Notes: generated by a model from the sequence alone, not told the origin. 32,000 nucleotides of DNA from Nostoc punctiforme PCC 73102 (GCF_000020025.1 NC_010630.1:91029-123028); one strand, 5' to 3'. Shown: positions 10,388-19,058, counted from the first letter of the stretch. Numbers and translations are program-made.

Positions 10388-13300
10388 GATTTACCTCTTT
10401 TCATCCCTCGTTTTTGCTGTGCTATTTTCCTTTTTTCTGCCCGCTCGGCAACAGCTTGAAAAGATTTATTCTCTCCTTTATGCTGGCTGAAAAATTTAGC
10501 CAAATAGCTAATACTTGGATTTTGAAAAATTTCTACCATTTGTACTTCTATTCCCATTAAGATTTTGATATTTTTATTAATTTGAACCAAATGTATTGAA
10601 TTTGCACCTAAATCAAAAAAATTATCATAAACGCCTATTTTCTCTATTTGAAGCACCTCTCGCACAATTTTTGCTAAAGTTTGCTCTATTTCAGTTTTTG
10701 GTGGAACAGCACCCGTTTCAGGTTTCAATACATTTTTATTAAGCTTGGGTAACAACTTGCGGTCTACCTTGCCATTGCGATTCAAGGGCAAGGCATTTAG
10801 TATTACACAGTCAGAAGGTACCATGTAGCTGGGCAGTTTCTGCTCCAAGTAATTAAGTAACTTCTTGGAAATTGAATTTGACTCCTGAACGGGCTCTAAG
10901 GAGTTTAGTAGCACTCCTTTTAGTTGATGGTGCTGTTGTGAACTTTGCTTTTGGTTTGAGTTAAGGACTACATAAGCTACTAGCGATTGATGTTCCTTCT
11001 CGGTTGAGGTTACTACCACTTCTTTTACAGATTCATCCTGTAGGAGAGTGGCTTCAATCTCCCCTAGCTCAATCCGGTAGCCATTTATTTTTACTTGAAA
11101 ATCTTCTCTTCCCAGAATTTCAATATTGCCATCAGGCAAAAATCGCCCCGAGTCACCAGTTTTATATAAGCGCTGTTGAGTGCGAGGATGAATGATAAAG
11201 CTTTCTTCGGTCTTTTTTTCATCTCGCCAATAGCCTTTGGCTAAACCAATTCCTTCAGCATAAAGCATTCCTGGTACCCATACCGGACAGGGTTCTAAAA
11301 ATTTATTAAGAACGTGATAGCGTTGGTTAGTTATTGGTTTTCCATAAGGAATGCTCTTCCATTGCTCGTCTATTTTCTCAATAGGATAGCAAATATTCCA
11401 GATTGAAGTTTCGGTGGGTCCTCCGACACTAACAACTTTTACATCCTCCCATATTGCTTTAATCTGCTGGGGTAAATTCACTGGAATCCTATCGCCACTC
11501 ATTAGAATCAATCCCAGAGACGCTGGTACTTTTTCCAGCCCTGCCGACAGATATTCTACTAACATCTGCATAAAGGTAGGAACTGAGTTCCAGAGAGTAA
11601 CTTTGTGTTGCTTCATGAGTTCTACCCAGTGAGCCGGGTCTTTTGTTCTTTCTGCCTCTGGAATTACTAAAGTTCCCCCAGCAGCTAAGGTGCCAAAGAT
11701 ATCATATACTGACAAATCAAAGTTTAAAGCTGACAAAGCTAATACTCGGTCTTGATGGGTAATTCCAAAACGTTGGTTGATGTCAAGGATGGTATTGACA
11801 GGACCCCGATGGGTAAGCATGACTCCTTTAGGCACGCCAGTCGAGCCGGATGTATAGATAACATAGGCTAAATCATCCGGGCTTTGTACCAAATCCAAAG
11901 GACTGCTGTCTTCTCCCACTAACTCGTCGCAATCTAGGCATATCCGTGGAATTCCCTCAATCCAAGTCAGGCGTTCATTCAGCCATGACTGAGTTAAAAT
12001 CAGTTTTACTTCTCCTTGCTTAAGCAAATATTGCACCCGCTCATCAGGCAATTCTGGATCGATGGGCATATAAGCTGCACCCGACATGAGTATTCCTAAA
12101 ACGGCAACTATTTGCTCCCAACCTTTTTCCATGACTACAGCAACCAGAGTGTTGGGAGATGTCTTTAATTTTCGTAGTCGATGACCAACCTGATTTGCTA
12201 GTTGGAATAATTCTAAATAAGTTAGAGTTCGCTGAGAAGAAATAACAGCACAATCCTGTTCTCGTGCTTCTACTTGCGCCGCAAATAATGTGTGCAACAT
12301 CCACCCAGAAATGGGTGCATCCGTGGAATTGACTGTTGCTCTTTGTAAGAGTTGGGCTTTGGGTACTAATTCATAAGTTATTTCCCTCCAAACTGCATCC
12401 GAGGTGGCTAGGAGCATTAAAAATTCGCAGTAAGCTTCAAACATATCGTCCAGCAAGCCCTCTGGAAATAGATCTTCTACTGCATCCCAGTTGAAAACCA
12501 ATTTTCCATCTTCTTCCATGACTTGATGATCTAACCAAACTTGAGAGGTTTGACTGATGCTATAAATGACCTCACCAAAAACATTTAACGCCGATCTATC
12601 CTGAATAAATGAACCATTATTTAAAATGCTGGTAAATACAATCGGCATTAGCGCTTTTTGGTGGCTTCCTTGCCTCCGGGCTAGTTCCCGCAGCACATGT
12701 ACTCCACTCATATAACTGTGGTCTAAATCTTGCCATAGTTGGCGCTGTAGGTTTTGAGCGCGAACAGTAAAGGAAGCTGGTGTTGAGTTATTCACCTCCA
12801 AAAGAATCAAAGATATAGTATTGCCAATGATTTCATTTACTTGGGGATGAAGCGGTAGACGATTATATAGTGTGAGATTAAGTGTAAACTCAGTACTGTT
12901 GCTCCAAATAGCTAAGACTTCGGCAAAAGCCGTAAGTAAAATACCGGAGGGAGTCAGACCAGCTTGACTAGCTCGCTGTTTTAACTGCTGCCAAGTCTCT
13001 GATTTTAGTTGAGAACAGCGACGCTTAAACTGAGGCTGTTTTAACAAATAGGGATTTTGAGCTAAGGGCAATTGTGGCGATTGAGGCAATGTATCTAGAC
13101 GCTTGAACCAATACTCTTGCGCTCGCTTATATAATTCTGTATGTACGAGTTGCTTCTCGGTTATAACATAGTCCCGAAATGAAATTTCCAATGGCTTCAA
13201 AGTAGTATCGGGATGCTGGTAAATTTGACTCCATTCTTGACATAAGCGTAACAAACTGCCATAATCTGCCAATAATAAATCTATACTAATATGAAGTCGA

Positions 13301-15789
13301 AATCGTTGCTCGTCAAAACGAGTAGCACGAATTTCAAACAAAGGCCACTGGTCAGTTTGTAGTATTTGGTGAGACATTTGTTGACGAATTTCTTCGCTTT
13401 TAGGAATAGCGAATTTTGGTTCGAGCTTCTGTAAATCTAATACTTCAATCTCATAAAATGGCACCACCTCTAATATCTGTTGTTCGCCACCAGACAGCAC
13501 TACTGTCCGCAGCATATCGTGACGTTCAATGATTTTTTGCCAAGCGTTTGTAAGCCGTTTTATGTTTAAATTAATACTTTCAATCTCTATATAAACATGA
13601 GTGGCAACATTACTCAATTCAAAAGAATTACTGCGCCCCACCCAGTAAGCCTGTTGAATATCTGTAAGAGGGAAAGGCTGATAGCGCTGGTCTGGTGCAG
13701 AGATAATTTGTGACAGCGATAGCGCCGAATCCTTATTTTTCTGCTCTTGCAGTATGGTTTCTATATGTTCAGTTAAATCACCTATAGTTGCCGAATCAAA
13801 AAAGCTTTGTATTGGCAAATCTACTTTTAATTGCTCGCGTATCCGATAAGCAATTTGAGTTGCTAATAAAGAATCAATTCCTAAGACTGTCAAGGGTTCA
13901 CGTATATTCAATTTTGATGGATATATTTTTAACATCCTGGCGATCAGTTTTTGAAGATAAGATTCCAGTTGCCGCGTTCTATCTTCTGCTGGGGTGGCTA
14001 ACAGCTCTTCGACATTTATTAATTCGATTCCTTCAAAGGAATCGAATTTTTCCAGAATACTACTGCCGATCGCATCCAGAGTATTTGCCAAGAACCCTGC
14101 CTTACAGGCATAATGCTGAACTTTACCGCTAGAAGTCTTCAGAATACCTCCAGGTTTGAGCAATACCACAGCATAAACTTGTAATTCATGTTCTTCTGAC
14201 ACAGCAGAACGAATAGCTCCAACTACCTCTTCCACCTCTAAATTCCGGTAGTAAGCACGCTCGACCTCTTGAATAACGACTAACCGCTCTTCTCCGTCTA
14301 TTTCTACTGAAAAAGCCGCTCCACAGTTCGCTCGCAGAGACAAATGACTTTTTTGCACCGTAGATTCAATATCCTGGGGATAATAATTGCGACCTCGAAT
14401 AATAATTAAATCCTTCAGCCGACCCGTGACGAACAACTCGCCATCTTTTAAAAATCCCAAGTCCCCCGTCCTCAAAAATGGACCTGCTCCTGTATCTTGG
14501 AGGTAGGCTTGGAAAGTACGTTGGGTTGAGTCGATCTGGTTCCAGTAGCCTTGAGTTACACTTGCACTTGATACCCAAATTTCACCTATCTCATCGGAAT
14601 TGCAGCGAGTCATTCGCTCTGGATGGACAATGACCACCCGCATATCCTGCAACGGTTGACCGCACCCCACCAGTGTTTGGGTGGCATCATCTGAATTACT
14701 AGCTGGAACTACCAGATGTTGCTCTAGCGCCGCTTTTTGGAAGGTTTGCAATACTGGTGGGGGCGCCACTAGACCCCCAGAAACAATGAGAGTTGTTTCT
14801 GCCATACCGTAACAGGGGTAAAATGCTTCCCGGCGAAAGCCGCAATCAGCAAATGTGCTTGCAAACCGCTCTATAGTTTCCGCTCGGATGGGTTCAGCTC
14901 CATTAAAAGCCACTTGCCAGGTACTTAGGTCGAGAGTTGACCGCTCTTCGGAAGTTATTTTGCTTGCACATAGGTCGTAGGCAAAATTAGGACCGCCACT
15001 AGTAGTAGCTTTGTACTTGGAAATAGCCATCAGCCATTGCAGGGGGCGCATCAGAAAGGCTGTTGGAGACATGAAGATGCACGGGATGCCTAAGTACAGG
15101 GGCTGAAGTGTATTCCCGATCAAGCCCATGTCATGGAAAAGAGGCAACCAGCCGACAAAGATCGTTTGTTCTGTATGCTCGAATGCCGTCTGGATCAGTC
15201 GTTGGTTGTGCAACAGATTGCCATGATTCAACATCACCCCCTTTGGCGTTCCTGTAGAACCTGAAGTGTATTGGAGAAAAGCCAAGGTGTCTGGGGTTGC
15301 TCGATAAGGAATAAAGTCCTCAATCGGAATAAGATTATCAGTCGCGACGCACTTCAGCCCAAGGAAACCTGGATTCTCAGCCTGACTATTTATATTGCCT
15401 AATACTGATGTGGTGCTCACCACCAGGGTTGCTTGAGCATCTATGGCGATCGCCTGCAATCTAAGCATCTTCTGATTCCGTCGGGGTGGGTAAGCAGGAA
15501 CTGCGACAACCCCAGCATATAAGCAGCCAACAAAGGCAGCAATAAACTCAAAACCAGAAGGGTAGAGCAATAGAACACGATCTCCAGGAGTTGTTAAAGT
15601 TTGAAGTTGAGCGGCGATCGCTTGCGCCTTCTGGTCTAATTCTCGATATGTAATTTTCGCTGCTTCTGTCTCTCCGTCTTGCAGAAATAAAAAAGCTGTT
15701 TTACCAGCTTGGCTTAAGGATCTAAAGCGAATAATTTCAATAAAGTTAGCAACTTCCAGTCCAAGCTCAGATATATAAAACGAAACCAT
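10384..15789 (-). CDS. Loading and first NRPS module: fatty acyl-AMP ligase (FAAL)-ACP-Cy-A(Cys-like)-PCP
   Basis: 1801-aa ORF. FAAL-type motif LQYTSGSTGTPKGVMLNHGNLLHN with no preceding C domain. Carrier LGIDSLLATQ. Cy domain FPLTDIQQAYWVGR and DLLLAD (DxxxxD). A domain YTSGSTGVPKGV. Specificity positions read by eye are D-L-Y-N-L-S-V-I-W-K, close to the published Cys code DLYNLSLIWK. PCP FFDLGANSIHLV. Confidence 0.95.
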   Translation of the reverse strand: MVSFYISELGLEVANFIEIIRFRSLSQAGKTAFLFLQDGETEAAKITYRELDQKAQAIAAQLQTLTTPGDRVLLLYPSGFEFIAAFVGCLYAGVVAVPAYPPRRNQKMLRLQAIAIDAQATLVVSTTSVLGNINSQAENPGFLGLKCVATDNLIPIEDFIPYRATPDTLAFLQYTSGSTGTPKGVMLNHGNLLHNQRLIQTAFEHTEQTIFVGWLPLFHDMGLIGNTLQPLYLGIPCIFMSPTAFLMRPLQWLMAISKYKATTSGGPNFAYDLCASKITSEERSTLDLSTWQVAFNGAEPIRAETIERFASTFADCGFRREAFYPCYGMAETTLIVSGGLVAPPPVLQTFQKAALEQHLVVPASNSDDATQTLVGCGQPLQDMRVVIVHPERMTRCNSDEIGEIWVSSASVTQGYWNQIDSTQRTFQAYLQDTGAGPFLRTGDLGFLKDGELFVTGRLKDLIIIRGRNYYPQDIESTVQKSHLSLRANCGAAFSVEIDGEERLVVIQEVERAYYRNLEVEEVVGAIRSAVSEEHELQVYAVVLLKPGGILKTSSGKVQHYACKAGFLANTLDAIGSSILEKFDSFEGIELINVEELLATPAEDRTRQLESYLQKLIARMLKIYPSKLNIREPLTVLGIDSLLATQIAYRIREQLKVDLPIQSFFDSATIGDLTEHIETILQEQKNKDSALSLSQIISAPDQRYQPFPLTDIQQAYWVGRSNSFELSNVATHVYIEIESINLNIKRLTNAWQKIIERHDMLRTVVLSGGEQQILEVVPFYEIEVLDLQKLEPKFAIPKSEEIRQQMSHQILQTDQWPLFEIRATRFDEQRFRLHISIDLLLADYGSLLRLCQEWSQIYQHPDTTLKPLEISFRDYVITEKQLVHTELYKRAQEYWFKRLDTLPQSPQLPLAQNPYLLKQPQFKRRCSQLKSETWQQLKQRASQAGLTPSGILLTAFAEVLAIWSNSTEFTLNLTLYNRLPLHPQVNEIIGNTISLILLEVNNSTPASFTVRAQNLQRQLWQDLDHSYMSGVHVLRELARRQGSHQKALMPIVFTSILNNGSFIQDRSALNVFGEVIYSISQTSQVWLDHQVMEEDGKLVFNWDAVEDLFPEGLLDDMFEAYCEFLMLLATSDAVWREITYELVPKAQLLQRATVNSTDAPISGWMLHTLFAAQVEAREQDCAVISSQRTLTYLELFQLANQVGHRLRKLKTSPNTLVAVVMEKGWEQIVAVLGILMSGAAYMPIDPELPDERVQYLLKQGEVKLILTQSWLNERLTWIEGIPRICLDCDELVGEDSSPLDLVQSPDDLAYVIYTSGSTGVPKGVMLTHRGPVNTILDINQRFGITHQDRVLALSALNFDLSVYDIFGTLAAGGTLVIPEAERTKDPAHWVELMKQHKVTLWNSVPTFMQMLVEYLSAGLEKVPASLGLILMSGDRIPVNLPQQIKAIWEDVKVVSVGGPTETSIWNICYPIEKIDEQWKSIPYGKPITNQRYHVLNKFLEPCPVWVPGMLYAEGIGLAKGYWRDEKKTEESFIIHPRTQQRLYKTGDSGRFLPDGNIEILGREDFQVKINGYRIELGEIEATLLQDESVKEVVVTSTEKEHQSLVAYVVLNSNQKQSSQQHHQLKGVLLNSLEPVQESNSISKKLLNYLEQKLPSYMVPSDCVILNALPLNRNGKVDRKLLPKLNKNVLKPETGAVPPKTEIEQTLAKIVREVLQIEKIGVYDNFFDLGANSIHLVQINKNIKILMGIEVQMVEIFQNPSISYLAKFFSQHKGENKSFQAVAERAEKRKIAQQKRGMKRGKS

Positions 15790-15824
15790 AAATTAGTCCT
15801 TTTGGCGTTACATAAATGCAGAAT

Positions 15825-15938
15825 CAATTTATTATTAATTCCTTCTACAGCACCACTCATAGTTTTTGCGTCAAAATAATCTACTATTTCTCCAAACCAT
15901 CTAAGCTCGACTTTATATCTGATTCGTAAAGAAAACAT
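15825..15938 (-). pseudogene. C-terminal remnant of an ISL3-family transposase, abutting or overlapping the 5' end of the NRPS gene
   Basis: The 74-aa ORF 15714..15938 begins ...ELRWFGEIVDYFDAKTMSGAVEGINNKL. This matches the conserved ISL3 C-terminal signature (W..I.NYF....T(S/N)G..EG.NNK.K). Similarity stops after NNKL, and an in-frame TGA lies 4 codons upstream of the Met. So only a ~38-codon fragment remains. Confidence 0.55.
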
Positions 15939-16118
15939 TAAGGATACTCAAACTATTACTAAGTCTAAGTCTAAGTTTCAGCAAATAAGTGCTTTATTAA
16001 CTCAAATTCCTGAAATCCTTATAAGGTAAGTATTTTACTTGAGTTTACAAATTAGTTCTTATCCAAGATTAAGAACTTGGTTATTTTGATGTGGCAAAAT
16101 CCTAGCTTTCTGGTAAAA

Positions 16119-16159
16119 ACTTTTTCTGTGTCACTGAGAATCAGTGACACAGAAAAAGT
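16119..16159 (-). terminator. Perfect 19-bp stem with a 3-nt loop; a candidate intrinsic terminator on the minus strand
   Basis: ACTTTTTCTGTGTCACTGA-GAA-TCAGTGACACAGAAAAAGT, every position paired by hand. On the minus strand it is followed by TTTTA. It lies 57 nt downstream of the stop of the 16216..16437 fragment. The stem is AT-rich (7 GC of 19). Confidence 0.4.
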
Positions 16160-16215
16160 AAAACTACTGTCCTACAAAGCTTTCAGCGTCAGCTTGAGCG
16201 TTGCCATAAAAATGG

Positions 16216-16437
16216 CTAAAGTTGAGCTGGTCGATATGTTTTTTTATACCGCAGACATGACTTGTTTCGACATCGACGAATTTTTAGCTGTAGTTTTACT
16301 ACCCCGTTTAACGTTCTTATATGTCGAGGATTATTGTATTCATTCCACATTGCTTGACCGCACGAGGGGCATTTTTTTTGAACACAATCGAGTACTTCAA
16401 ACGATGTTGCCTCTGGTTTTAAACTTTTTCTTGCCAA
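16216..16437 (-). pseudogene. N-terminal Zn-ribbon fragment of a transposase (family not assigned)
   Basis: The 73-aa ORF contains CPSCGQ...RRCRNKSC (a four-Cys ribbon) and ends ...YKKTYRPAQL*. The equivalent stretch (PPTYLEQEGSLALPQSEFGLDVIA...) opens the plus-strand fragment at 18849. Together they suggest two truncated copies of one transposase family. Confidence 0.45.
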
Positions 16438-16526
16438 GTTTTTGCACCATTATTTCGCTACAAGGTCAAGATTACAGGATTTCCGCTCTTCTCTAGTAAG
16501 TTTTGCCACGCTAGGATTTTACCGCT

Positions 16527-18036
16527 TTGTATCCCACTCATGGTCAACCAACAGTTAGACCTTGGCGACTGGCGTTAATCTGTGTGCTGCAATTTATTGA
16601 AGATTTGCCAGATCGACAAGCTGCCGAAGCTGTCCGCAGTAGAATTGATTGGAAATATGTTTTGGGGTTGGAACTGACTGATTCAGGTTTTGATTTTTCT
16701 GTGTTGTGTGAATTTCGCGCCCGATTGATGGTAGGTGGTGCAGAACAACAACTGCTAGACACGTTACTGAGGCAATTTAGAGAGCGCGGATGGCTCAAAG
16801 AAAGAGGAAAACAGCGCACTGACTCCACCCATGTGCTGGCTGCTATCCGTAACTTGAACCGACTCGAAGGGGTAGGTGAAACTCTACGTGCAGCCCTCAA
16901 TTCACTAGCTACAGTCGCGCCCGATTGGTTGCGTTCATGGGTACCTTCAGAATGGTACGAGCGTTACGGTCGGGCTGTAGAAGAATATCGCTTACCCAAG
17001 GGCATTGCCGCACGCACCTGAATATGCCGAGATGATTGGCACAGATGGTATGCAGTTACTGATAGCTGTATGGGCAGAAACTGCCCCAGATTGGCTTGCT
17101 CATGTGCCCATCGTCGAAATTCTGCGACAGACTTGGGTACATCAATATTATGTGGAGAATGACCAAGTAAGATTGCGGGCTGCCAGTGACTTAGCCCCTT
17201 CTGGTAGTCGTTTTGACTCTCCTTATGACATCGATGCTCGCTTTGGTAATAAACGCAGTGTGACTTGGACTGGGTATAAAGTGCATCTGACCGAAACTTG
17301 TGATGAGAACCAAGTCCATTTAATTACTCATGCCATTACCACCCAAGCTCAGGTTTCAGATGTTACACAAACTGCATCTATTCACGAGGCATTGGCTGCC
17401 AAAGACCTGCTCCCCAGTCAACACATTGTTGATGCTGGCTATGTCGATAGTAATCTTATCGTCACTAGCCGTAAACAGTATGGAATAGATTTAGTCGGCC
17501 CAGTCCGCCCGAATGTTAGTTGGCAAGCTAAAACGCCTGGCGGTTATGATATCAGCCAGTTTACAGTGAGCTGGAATACAAAACGGGTGACTTGTCCTCA
17601 AGGTAAAAAAAGTACCAAAAAGTGGGTTCCGACTCAGGACAAGTGGGGCAATGCAGTGATTAACGTGAGATTCCCCCGCAAAACTTGCCGACTTTGCAAC
17701 GCCCGTGCTTTATGCACCCGCTCGAAAACTGAGCCAAGAGAATTGACACTGCGCCCAAAGGCAGAATACCTTGCATTGCAAACCGTGCGACAACAACAGC
17801 TTTCCACGGATTGGAAAAAACTCTATGACGCAAGAGCAGGAGTTGAAGGAACGTTGTCTCAAGGAATTGGCAGCTTGGGGCTGCGACAAGCTCGCTACAT
17901 TGGTTTGGTTAAAGTTCGGCTCCAGCACTTGCTGACTGCCGTGGCTCTTAATGTGGTGCGGATGGTTGCTTGGTTACATGGCCGAACCCATGCGAAAACC
18001 AGAATTTCTCGATTTGCTGCTTTAGCTCCAGTGTGA
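16527..18036 (+). pseudogene. IS1182-family (IS5-like DDE) transposase, 5'-truncated and frameshifted
   Basis: ORF 16527..17021 (LYPTHGQPTVRPWRLALICVLQFIEDLPDRQAAEAVRSRIDWKYVLGLELTD...QRTDSTHVLA) and ORF 17005..18036 are consecutive parts of one IS1182-type protein split by a frameshift near 17005-17021. Full-length homologues, as I recall them, carry about 50 more N-terminal residues. In-frame stops lie just upstream at ~16491-16514. Confidence 0.8.
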
Positions 18037-18084
18037 AGCAAGAGCTTTCAATCCAGATTACCAATAATATCTATTAAGATCATC

Positions 18085-18156
18085 CTTCTCCATGTAATAC
18101 ACAGATAACCCTCTGCTACCTAATGAGCTAAAATAACGGTGTAATACATGGAGAAG
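18085..18156. promoter_or_regulatory. 18-bp inverted repeat (17/18) bracketing the upstream region and RBS of ORF 18162
   Basis: CTTCTCCATGTAATACAC (18085-18102) matches the reverse complement of GTGTAATACATGGAGAAG (18139-18156). The spacer is 36 nt. The right arm contains GGAG 8 nt upstream of the ATG at 18162. This could be an operator pair or an RBS-sequestering hairpin. Confidence 0.5.
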
Positions 18157-18161
18157 CGGTT

Positions 18162-18659
18162 ATGAAACGTGATATCCAGGGGAAGTTTGCCCTGAAAAAT
18201 GAAGATTATCGTTTAGTTCGCTCGTTAAGACTAACTGATTCCACGTGGGTAGCTTTGGGCATCACATCTGAATGCTTGGGTCTTACTAGGGCTGACTATT
18301 TAGAGCAGATCATTCGTGAAAAAGCTCTGCCAAGTACGGTTTCTCCAAGTAATACACGGGAGAAAGATTTCCTTTTTCCATGTATTACAAGGCAAAATAC
18401 GGATTCACCACCGCGTAATACACGGTTTCAGGAGGAAATAGAAGTACTCCTTGCTGAAATACAAAATCTCAGTCAAAAGAATGCTGCATTGATGCAACGA
18501 ACAGCAATTGCTTTCTCCCAAATAGAACTTGAGCTTTTACGCGATCGCATTTTGCTTGATTTGAAATTAGGCAAGCAAGCCCCTGGATACAAAGCTGTTC
18601 AAAAAGCTCTCAATCGTTTCATCGCTGAATTGACTTACCCAAACACAAGCGTTTTTTGA
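18162..18659 (+). CDS. Hypothetical protein with a ribbon-helix-helix-like N-terminus and a coiled-coil-like C-terminus
   Basis: 165-aa ORF with GGAG 8 nt upstream. RSLRLTDSTWVALGITSECLGLTRADYLEQII fits a strand-helix-helix (RHH/CopG-like) pattern, and the C-terminal half is heptad-like. The central part (PSNTREKDFLFPCITRQNTDSPPRNTRF) is encoded by three copies of the GTAATACAC DNA motif, so part of the ORF may be fortuitous. Confidence 0.55.
   Translation: MKRDIQGKFALKNEDYRLVRSLRLTDSTWVALGITSECLGLTRADYLEQIIREKALPSTVSPSNTREKDFLFPCITRQNTDSPPRNTRFQEEIEVLLAEIQNLSQKNAALMQRTAIAFSQIELELLRDRILLDLKLGKQAPGYKAVQKALNRFIAELTYPNTSVF
18348..18425 (+). repeat. Three further copies of the TGTAATACAC-type 12-mer inside ORF 18162..18659
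   Basis: AGTAATACACGG at 18348-18359, TGTATTACAAGG at 18381-18392 and CGTAATACACGG at 18414-18425. Spacing is 33 and 33 nt. The first copy is embedded in TTCTCCAAGTAATACAC, which matches 18086-18102 at 16/17. Confidence 0.6.
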
Positions 18660-18848
18660 CTTCGCCAACAGCATCATCCTCTTAAGTTGGCGTAAAAAAA
18701 ACCAAAGTATGTAAAGATAAGTAAATACATAAAATGCATCTACCGAGGTTACTAAGACATGGGCGCTCGTTAAAAAGGGAACTACAGTACAGAACGTGTA
18801 AAATTTGAATCTAATCGTTCTGGTCAAACTTTTGTTACATAGTTATAA

Positions 18849-19058
18849 ATTTTCCCGCCCACTTACTTAGAGCAAGAAGGGTCACTCGCTCTACCACAGA
18901 GCGAATTTGGTTTGGATGTGATTGCTTATATAGGAGCGTTACGATACCAGGAACATAGAAGTGTTCCCCAAATACACACTCACCTTGAATTAAAGGGTAT
19001 ATGTATAAGTCAAAGAACGGTCACGCACCTAATTGACAGATATGACGAATTACTTTCT
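18849..19058 (+). pseudogene. Internal fragment of a transposase gene (same family as 16216..16437), interrupted at 19058 by the Tn7-like element
   Basis: The open frame reads IFPPTYLEQEGSLALPQSEFGLDVIAYIGALRYQEHRSVPQIHTHLELKGICISQRTVTHLIDRYDELLS. It stops making sense exactly at the TGT terminus (19059) and resumes in frame at 31981 (LWLKDH...). There is a stop codon immediately upstream at 18846-18848 and no N-terminal part. Confidence 0.6.

Larger units (their letters stand above)
16091..16525. mobile_element. Possible MITE-like or internally deleted IS remnant, bounded by a 16-bp imperfect inverted repeat
   Basis: GTGGCAAAATCCTAGC (16091-16106) matches the reverse complement of GCTAGGATTTTACCGC (16510-16525) at 14/16. 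The segment encloses a transposase N-terminal fragment and a strong hairpin. Caveats: I found no TSD, and the right repeat overlaps codons (DFTAL) that also look homologous to the IS1182-type transposase. Confidence 0.3.

Noticed and set aside
194-15938. About 25 short ORFs (60-118 aa) on either strand inside the three megasynthase genes, e.g. 194..478, 1483..1752, 3974..4318, 8001..8339, 13788..14132
   Set aside because: All lie within or antisense to long ORFs with unambiguous NRPS/PKS motifs. They have no recognisable motifs and are shadow frames.
15961-15978. Tandem hexamer AAGTCT AAGTCT AAGTTT
   Set aside because: It has only three units in AT-rich intergenic DNA and no evident function.
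16077-16496. 139-aa plus-strand ORF
   Set aside because: It runs antisense to the Zn-ribbon transposase fragment and straight through the 19-bp hairpin. Its composition is low-complexity and Leu/Phe-rich. It is most likely fortuitous.
17005-17021. Programmed ribosomal frameshift joining the two IS1182-type ORFs
   Set aside because: IS1182-family transposases are, to my knowledge, single-ORF proteins. There is no slippery heptamer that I can see, and the gene is also 5'-truncated, so decay is the simpler reading.
18093-18151. TGTAATACA motifs as NtcA-binding sites
   Set aside because: The NtcA consensus GTA-N8-TAC is not satisfied by these sequences.
18663-18701. Hairpin CGCCAAC-N16-GTTGGCG after ORF 18162..18659 as its terminator
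   Set aside because: It is followed by an A-run rather than a T-run on the plus strand, and the stem is only 7 bp with a 16-nt loop. It is not a convincing intrinsic terminator.
18797-18817. TGTAAAATTTGAATCTAATCG, which resembles the outer element's left terminus (TGTGATTTGAATCATAA) and could mark a decayed tandem element
   Set aside because: Only a 9-mer (ATTTGAATC) plus TGT is shared, the spacing differs, and there is no partner end. This is plausible by chance in AT-rich DNA.
18567-18827. 86-aa minus-strand ORF
   Set aside because: It overlaps the 3' end of ORF 18162..18659 in antisense, has AT-rich low-complexity translation and no RBS.
16216-19058. The idea that the minus-strand N-terminal stub (16216..16437) and the plus-strand fragment (18849..19058) are halves of one gene separated by an inversion
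   Set aside because: The homologous overlap (…TYRPAQ… vs …TYLEQ…) differs substantially at the DNA level (about 11/18). They look like two diverged copies, not breakpoints of a single inversion.
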